A DNA stretch of 58,921 nt, from assembly GCA_000934665.2 (NCBI GenBank), contig JYFJ02002333.1, positions 1 through 58,921 of the forward strand, written 5' to 3'. The first letter of the stretch is position 1. Each line of letters starts with the position of its first letter. Shown one piece after another: positions 50,701-58,921 of the stretch. Below the pieces are notes generated by a model, which was given only the letters and a program-made list of their open reading frames with translations, ran no database searches and was not told where the DNA came from. Made by a program: the position numbers and the translations under genes. Source of the DNA: Catajapyx aquilonaris (Eukaryota).

Positions 50701-53194
50701 TCATGTGGCAGCAACATACTCTCACATGCCCAGCATTTTTTAACACTCCCCATTTTTGGTTTGAGTTTTGGATCGCCCCCTGTTTAAGGAAACAAAAAAA
50801 GATAAAGCTTGTAGGGCTTTTTTCATCAAATAAAGCAAAATATAGTAATGTTGTGTTTTAACATGTGATAATGTGCTAGTGCAAGTACTCAAGTGTTATC
50901 TTCGTACGTCAGAGAGAGAAAAAACGAAAACGTTTAAAAAAATTGCATAAAACGTGAACTACTGTTACTAATCAATGGCCGATGAAATCAGGGATTTTTC
51001 AATGACTGCCCATTATTTAAAGAAAGTACAGCACATAAAGGAGGCGAAAAGTAGAATTCATGCAAGGGAGTGTGAATGATGAGCAAGACAGTCTCTACAT
51101 TTAAGCAAGGTTATTTTCTATTACCCTGTGAACTCGGTTGGAGGAAAAAGAATGGTATTTTGGTGCAACACCAGGATTCCCATTTCTCCCACCTGGTTTT
51201 ATCACACACACGACGTATGCATACTTAGACACAATACACAACACAAAACCATGCCTGTGATTCCAATATGAACCGCAAGTTGTGATGCTGCTTTGTTATT
51301 TTAAAAATTAATAATGGTTATTAGTATTATTCCGAGCATTATTGCAACTAGTATTATTGATATTGCATTAATATTTCACCACCTCACCATTATAATCATT
51401 ATTGTACTCATTACGTTATTTTTTACTATGCAAGTCAGTTGGTCCTTGGAATATTTTAATATAATGCCTTTTGTTCATAAGAAAGCTATTAAGAATAGTT
51501 TAAAATTTATATTGGAAATATTAGTTGTCATCAGGTTATGTGGCATTGCATATCAACATCATGAGTTGACTTCGTAAGCAATTGTTTTTTTTAAATTATG
51601 CTGCGGTAAGGAATTCATATAGTTTGTTGCAAACACAATCCTTCATAATTTTGTACATACAGTCACCATCATCATTTTTGTCCATGTGACGACAGAGTAT
51701 TATGTAACATTCTTTATTGATTTTTAGATTCTCCTTTCACATTATTTGTGCTGTACTTACAAAGAGTTGCTTGAAGCCATTAGTGCAGTTTATGCAGTGT
51801 TAGTTTGGGTATGATTAAAATTATATTCCAAGTGACCAACTGACTATCAGCCATCATCACTTTCTCTCCATATGCACATATTCCTGTTTGGTTCAAAACC
51901 ATTGTTTGCCTGGCCATGCAAAGAGAAAAGGCCGTTGCCCCATTATTTCAGTGATTCCTTACCCCAGTGTTGAACCACTATAGCTCCTTTTCTAAATCCC
52001 TTCTTTCCAAACTACAATTTTTGTTGTTGCTTTTTTTTTACGTAAATAGATGTAACAAACGCATTGATTTGGTGCCACCAAGACCAACTAACTTGAGAGT
52101 GTTTGTTTCTCCAGTGACTTGAGCTCAAATGACGAATATACATGGGCCAATTGGTGACTTTTTATACTAGTAACTGATGACCATACAAATTGACCCATGT
52201 TTGTATTCGGCACCCATTCTTTGGTTTGGTCTTGACAGTTAGGTTATTATAATTTTTTTCTTTTCCATCTAAGTCAACCTAGAAGGGAAAAATAACGGAG
52301 TTTGTACAAACTGTTATTATTATTATGGAGATAATTATCAGCCATCTGGCAATCGAGGGTTCACTCCCATAACATGGTCATTTTTTTTCTAATTAATTTG
52401 GTAGGAATTTTTACTGCCTTGACAGTTATTGGGGGACTAATTTCTATTATTATGAAATGAATAGACAAATGATGACAATGGATTCATCCTAGGATTCATT
52501 ACCTATACACTGTTGACGCATTTTATGATGCAGCTTGTTGCGATGTAACTTTGTTTTTGAATTCACCAAGTGGAAAAATACAGACCGATCCGTACATCAT
52601 ATTTGGTTGTTTTATTCCTCCCCAGTATACCAGTGTGACATCATCTTCCGAGTGCAGCCACAGCCATAAGCATCGTCCAACACATTCTTTACAGGAGTCA
52701 TCCGAGTCAGTCAAACATTGACTGGAAAATCAGCACGTTTTTTTCGGCCATCAGTATGGATATGGAAACATGGTTGGGATATTGATTGGTAAGAAATGAA
52801 GGTGCCAACTAGGCGAACATGAGCAGTGTTGTATTTTGAATGTTGACATTCAAAATGCGCGGATCTTTTTTAGTATGTAAAGACTTGGGAAAACAGGTAG
52901 TGATTAGAACACCAACCGCCAGATGCCGCCAGTGTCACCTCGAGGCGCTATCCTTTGAGCAGAGCTGCCCCCTGGTGAGTGAGAGGAGAGGCTGTTACTT
53001 TTGGAATCCTTTTCGTTCCATCCATGTGGCGAGCGAGTCTAGCCTGAAATTCTTGCCGGCCGGCTCATACTTCGCACCCCCTCTGCTCGCCCGCTGCCTG
53101 TGCCGCTGCCCTTCCGCCTTTTCGCCCCACCTGTCAGGACACCCCCCGCCCTCGTAGTGTCAAGTATCGCGCTGTTCGCTTGCTGTGTGCCAAG

Positions 53195-56100
53195 ATGTCC
53201 GAAGCAGGGGACTTCTCGGATCCGAAGGGAGACTTCGAACTGATGTGCTCCGCCCGGGCGAATGACCTCATTCCCGTCAGGAAGTACCGGTCCAAGAAGA
53301 CCGGCATCACCGTCGTCCTCGCACAGGTCGAGGGACCCGTTGTCAATGGGTACTACTGCGTGGGTCAGTATGCTTTGGTTCTATACGGAATATTTGCTGT
53401 CGAGGGGGTAATGGGTGACAACGTGCCATTTATTAGTGTACCACATTTATGGGAATTATGCAGATTTATGAAGCTAGGATATGCGCACAATTAAGACCGT
53501 AGCGTAGATTTCAACAATGAATTTTTCCTACTTGTTCTTGTTGTTACGTTTTTTTTATTTGCTCTAACTCAAGTTCTGCTGTAGGTAGAGCTTCCCAATT
53601 TTGAACACAGATCCCCACCATCGTGAATTGATTTCCTACCATTTACACTTTTACTTAATTCCTCTTCAAGACGCCGCAAAAAATTAGAGACCACTAAAAA
53701 ATATGTTTTAATTTTTTTGCTCAATAACTATTCGGAATTTGGTTTCTTCATCAAAGGGCCAAAGGTGCAGTGGGGTGGTGCGGATCTATGTTCAAAATCT
53801 CACAGTTCCCACTGCTACAGGATTGGAGCTGTGATTTTTTACCTCTTATTTTTTCTGTCATTGATTCATTTGTTCCTAATGCCATCACCGAGAAACGACA
53901 ATTCTTGTTTACCAACGAGCCATATTGTTATTAGCAAAATGTTACCCTGCCATTGGTGTGAACACATTGCACTTATTACAGATTTACAGTTGAATCCGGA
54001 TATAACAGGCAGCCTCGGCTATAACAGACTTGGCTGTCCTGGCATGCTTCCATTAGGCTGGGTTCACACTAGGCGTTTTTGTCGCGCGACAAAAACGCAG
54101 CGACAAGTCGCTCAAAACTGAACACATGCAACCTTATGGGGCATGACACACCACGACTTCTTTCCTGCTTGGTCGTCGCAAAATGCAGCATGCTGCGTTT
54201 TTGCTGCCGCTACAAAAACGCTGCGACAAGGTCGCTGAAAACTGAACACATGGTAATCAGTTGGGGCAGACACACCTGGCGACAAAGTCACATGAAAAGT
54301 GTGGGAAGTGGGTCCCACGCAACGTAGCAGCTCGTCGAATGTAGGGATGGACATTCGATAGTATTTGAAGAACTTTTCTGGAAATTGTCTGAGTCTGTGG
54401 TAAAGGCGATGGAATTGTTCCTCACAGATTCTCTTCGTGTTCAGTGGGTGCGCCCAATGTTCTCGCTCCCTTCCTTTTCTTTTCTTGGGGCGCGCAGCGA
54501 CAGCAATGCAGACCAACTCGAGCACGTCCATCTTCTCTGGCATCTTCTGGTGTGCTGAGCGTGATCTGCGTTCACACTTGTCGTAGCGTTTTTGTCGCGG
54601 GAGAAAACACCTAGTGTGAACCCAGCCTTAGGTACTGTGTATTTTCACTCCTGATATAACAGACTCATTTTCACCTCACCTCGGGTAATACCTGGATATA
54701 ACAGACCATTTCTTGGACCCTCGGTGGGAAAATATTGTTTTCCAGGTATAAAATTTGCAAAAGGGAGACGGCAGAAGGAAATTTCTGATATTTTGGTCCT
54801 GCATAATTTTTGGGTGAGCCAATATTGCATTTTTGACAGATTTCATTAATCGGTATGTAGTCTAGTAGTGCATAGTACAGCCACATTGAAAGCAAAAATT
54901 TATGTTTTCGTTCGATTCGTGACGATTCAGCTATAACAGACCTCGGTTATAACAGACTTTTTCCGCAGTCTCTTGAAGTTTGTTGTATCCGGATTCAACT
55001 GTACTATTAACCCCGTTCGCTCCCTGCTATATCGCCATCGCCAGGTAATACCGGTCAACTCTTAAGCTGATTTAATTATGAAATTATGTTACAGTATGCA
55101 GAATATCTACCTTGAGAAATGTGCCAGACTAATATTCGCTGCAATCGTTGCATTTCGCGAAAATTACATAAGTTTGGGAGTTTTCAGATGTGACAAGAGG
55201 CAAGCCACACGTCATAGTATTGATTTAATTCTTGGAAAGTTCCACGATTTCAGTAACTTCGTCTGGTACGGTTCTCAATGTAGATAATTGAAGGGTTGCC
55301 CTGAATAATGTTGTAAGTGACATTGGTGACAGTTGTCTAGTTTTGGTTTCCGCGGGTCCGGGAATTGGAAAAGATACATGTCCTGGGCATTTCCATGCAA
55401 ACACAGACATACTGTCCGTTTGTAACGCAGGTTTTGCAGACATGTACTTGCGTATTTTATTGTAACGTGCCAGACAAACTGATTTGCTGAAATCGTCGCA
55501 TTTCGCGAAAATTAAGTACGGTTGGGAGTTTTCAGATGTGATGGAGGCAAGCCGCAGATAAGTGTTGATTGAATTCTTGCAAAGTACCAAGATATCAGCA
55601 AATTTGTCTGGTGCAGTTCTCAATGTATATATTCCATGCGGGGAATTTGGCGCTGGTGCGCCACCACACCCATCTACTGCTGCCAGCCATCCGAATCCTA
55701 GTCTGCAATCGCCCTCTGAGGAAAAAACGGTTTGGGTTGGTTCCAAGGGCAGCCAACCCACAGCGACTCCCCCAGTAAATGCCTGTGGAGGCACACCAGA
55801 ACCAAATTTCTCGCATGGCGGAGACTTTTATATTATGCTACCGTCAACACAGGGCTGGGCTGGATGTGTCAGGGGGCTGGTGTTGACCTTTATATCAGAT
55901 ACTAACTTGTGTCCTATTTTATCCTCAGCTACCGAGGCATTCGATGATGATGGTTTGCCTCACACCTTGGAGCATCTGGTCTTTATGGGAAGCGAGCAGT
56001 ATCCATACAAGGGCGTCCTGGATCTGCTGGCTAATCGCTGCCTGGCCTCTGGGACGAATGCTTGGACTGGTACTGTGAATATTTTTCTTGTCATATTGTT

Positions 56101-58065
56101 TTGAAATCTTTCATTCATATTGTATCTGACCTGCTGCAACCATGCCTGGGGCACAACTCTTAAATGCAGTTACGGTATGCTAAGTTCGAACGTCTCCAAA
56201 TTGAAATTTATATTTTTTCTTTCCAAATTAGCTAATGAATAATAATGTAATCATGTATAGGATACCTTTTCCTCAAAAAAGTCTTCTGCCCACCAAGATT
56301 TCAGACAATTCCTTTACCATAGACCCAGGCTCTGCTCTGAGCTTGAGAACTGTTGCTGAACAACCCTTTAGTTACGGGCACTAAAAAAGCTGCTGATTTT
56401 GCCCTGTAGTTATAACATCAGTTTGGGGTAGGAATAAGAATGTTGCACATACAATTATATATTTCTGCATAATACTTTGCATCTTGGTTTTCAGACACTG
56501 ATCATACCTGCTACACCATGACCACTGCTGGCAGCCAGGGGTTCCTGACACTGATGCCAATTTACTTGGACCATATTTTGTACCCAACACTCTCAGTAAG
56601 ATGCTTATTCATATTTGGTACTGAGCAAAACACTGTCCTTTTTAAGGATTGATCAACATATTTGTAGGCCTAGAAAGAGGTTTAAGTTGCCAAAAATGTG
56701 CTCAAAATATTTAGAATGAAAAGGTTACAGTAATTTTTCAGCAGATTTGTTTTCTTGCAAAAGTGCTTACAAGAATAACTTTTTAAAGTTATGAAGTCCT
56801 TTTTTTTCCCTGGGTTGTGCATTTTGTTCTTGTAGTTCACTTACAACATTTATACAAGTTCCCCTACAGTATGGTTACTCCACAGAAAATAGATAGAGGA
56901 AAGCTATCAAAATTAGTTATGGAAGAATTATTTTGATTTTAAGTTTTATTTTATCAATATTAATGGACAACATTTTTCTCAGGATGCAGCCTTTAACACA
57001 GAAGTACACCATGTGAATGGACAAGGTGAGGATGCTGGTGTGGTCTACTGTGAGATGCAAGGGAAGGAGAACATGGGTGAGAGCTTGACCCATGTCACCA
57101 TGCTGCGGTCCATATACCCAGGGCAATGTGGGTACAAGTCGGTTACTGGGGGGATCCTCAAGAACCTCAGGGAGAGCTGTAGCAATGAGAAAGTAAAGAA
57201 GTACCACAGCGACTTCTACCGCCCGGAGAACCTCTGTCTGATCATCACTGGTCAGGTGGAGGCACATGAAGTGTTTGATGCTCTGGAACCATTCCAAAAC
57301 AGGATTTTATCAAAGGTGTGAAACAAGGTTGTTTATACTCTGCTGGGGAGATAACCTGTTTTTTATTAGATCTTGTATTATTATTTCAACCAAAGAATGA
57401 TACTGAAGTGGCAAGGCTGTAGTTTTTTTGCTGCAGTTATTGTTAAAGAGCATTGTTGCCATCATGGCATCAGTACCATTCTCTTGTTGACCCAATGATA
57501 GAGCAGGGTTAGGTACAATAAATATGGCAATATGAATATAAATATGTGAACATTGGTGATGACAGGTTTTTAAAAAACCCCTTGCAGGGGTTACGAGATG
57601 GGTTTCAACGTCCTTGGCAAAGCCCAGTCCCTCCGCTGGAGAAGTCTGAGGATATTCTTGTGCCCTACGCCTGTGATGAAGAGGACAATGGAATGGTTGT
57701 GGTGGCCTGGAGAGGACCATCTGCTGTGTCTGAGCTGACAGAGTTGGTTTCTCACTATTGAGTTCTGAAATTGATTTTTAATACCTCAATATTGCATCAT
57801 AAAACTGTTTCACAAATTCAGCAGTTAGAAATCAGGGTGGAAAATGGATGATCATGGATTTGATTGTCTGCAAAGGGAATTCATTAGATCAAGGAGAATT
57901 TTTATCCCAGTGTGACAATTCTATACAAGCCTTTGTTTGTTGCTAGCACGTGATTACCATTGCAGAATGTTTGCATTGATGATGCTGATGGAGTACCTAA
58001 CTGACACATCCGTGAGCCCATTGCAGAAGGACTTCGTAGAAATTGAGGATCCCTATGCAAGCAGT
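53195..58065 (+). CDS. M16-family (inverzincin, HxxEH) metallopeptidase, C05D11.1/presequence-protease-like; 5' part only, continues past the window
   Basis: Exons 53195-53363, 55929-56069, 56495-56595, 56983-57315, 57588-57742, 57966-58065. DDGLPHTLEHLVFMGSEQYPYKGVLD, GTNAWTDTDHTCYT, GVVYCEMQ. Confidence 0.92.
53987..55001. mobile_element. Tc1/mariner (pogo/Tigger-like) MITE with TA TSD, interrupted by a Harbinger element
   Basis: ta|cagttgaatccggatataac ... gttgtatccggattcaactg|ta; multiple internal tataacagac repeats. Confidence 0.85.
54056..54627 (-). mobile_element. Internally deleted PIF/Harbinger transposon (572 bp, TTA TSD) retaining the transposase N-terminus
   Basis: TIRs ggctgggttcacactagg / cctagtgtgaacccagcc; TTA TSD. 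ORF fragment HWAHPLNTKR..QFHRLYHRLRQFPEKFFKYYRMSIPTFDELL matches the N-terminal pattern of Harbinger transposases. Confidence 0.9.
55119..55628. repeat. Diverged ~160-bp direct repeat x2 (about 55119-55283 and 55466-55628)
   Basis: Shared blocks gtgccagac, gcatttcgcgaaaatta, ttgggagttttcagatgtga, aattcttg.aaagt, gtctggt..gttctcaatgta. Confidence 0.8.
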
Positions 58066-58148
58066 GTACGTATGCAGTCATTTAAAATAGTTGGCAATTG
58101 GAACTCATTAATTTGAAATTATGTGCTAATAACAGTGTCATTCATTAA

Positions 58149-58921
58149 GGGCCGGTTGCACGAACCGTTCCTAGCCCGCTCCTAGGAGCGCTCCTACGTA
58201 GGGGCTCCCTACGGGTAAGAGCGCTCCTAGGTGGCCGAGGGTTGCACCAACCCAAACTAGGAGGCATCCTACGTACGGGCCTTCCTTCCCTTGTTATCGG
58301 GCAGTCGCGCCGGGCTTCAACGCCGGTCTTCATGAACTGGTTATTTATTAATAAAATAACTGTTCTTGCATGCATTAAAATAATATTACACAGCTGGAGA
58401 ATATGTTTTATACGCTTAAAAACATAAATTAGCGTATTTTGCGATGCACGTGGTCGGGCATGACGCAATCAAGGCAGGCAGGTTTTGGGCCAAGGCGGGC
58501 CAAGCAAGGAGCCCCGAACAAGGCAAAAGATGCGGGAAATTTTAGTGACGCTGAGAAAAATTTAATTTTTGGTAGCGCTGTTTAATTTTATCACCCACAT
58601 TTCTGGCTTGCCATCGTAACATTCGCGAAGTGATTCGGATGAAAAACGGCCGAGATAGCAGAGGCGTGCAATATACTTAATTATGATTGCCCAAACGGTA
58701 ATTTCTAAATTTTAAATATATGGTTAGATACACAAAGATTTGCACTATCCAGGGTTCACAGGACAACTTTTGTGGCCTCCGGTAAGTGTCGAATAAAAAG
58801 ACTTTTTTGGCGTAACGCCCGGCAACGTATCAAAACATGACACCTTTCCACCTTCTTTTTGGGATAAAAAATTACACAAAGAACATAGGAAAACAACTTG
58901 CACATATCCTACGAGGATTTA
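58149..58921 (+). mobile_element. Left end of a probable PIF/Harbinger element in an M16 peptidase intron (truncated by window)
   Basis: TAA followed by gggccggttgcacgaacc; palindromic ctcctaggag repeats; broken Myb/SANT-like traces (AGNFSDAEKNLI, EIAEACN, WLDTQR). Confidence 0.55.

Overview
Eukaryotic, intron-containing genomic DNA, most likely from an arthropod (inferred from a ZAD-like domain, short GT-AG introns and the repeat types; the species cannot be named). Most entries in the ORF track are exon fragments or antisense noise, so gene models were rebuilt by hand from splice sites and reading-frame phase. From left to right: (1) four tandem minus-strand GT32-type (DxD, alpha-1,4-glycosyltransferase-like) type II membrane glycosyltransferases; (2) a minus-strand zinc-finger gene (Castor-like finger, Pro-rich region, internal ZAD-like domain, 9 fingers), head-to-head with (3) an uncharacterised WW + 3xCUE protein; (4) TRMT112 head-to-head with (5) RRP12; (6) a Ro60/TROVE2 homolog with a degenerate MIDAS site; (7) the 5' part of an M16 (HxxEH) metallopeptidase. 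Repeats include a tRNA-derived SINE with a V-SINE-like core, five PIF/Harbinger-type elements (one nested in a pogo/Tigger-like MITE) and tandem repeats. Best leads: the operon-like, phase-compatible glycosyltransferase array in which one intact copy has no evident promoter or leader exon; the head-to-head WW-CUE / PPxY zinc-finger pair; and the remodelled Ro60.
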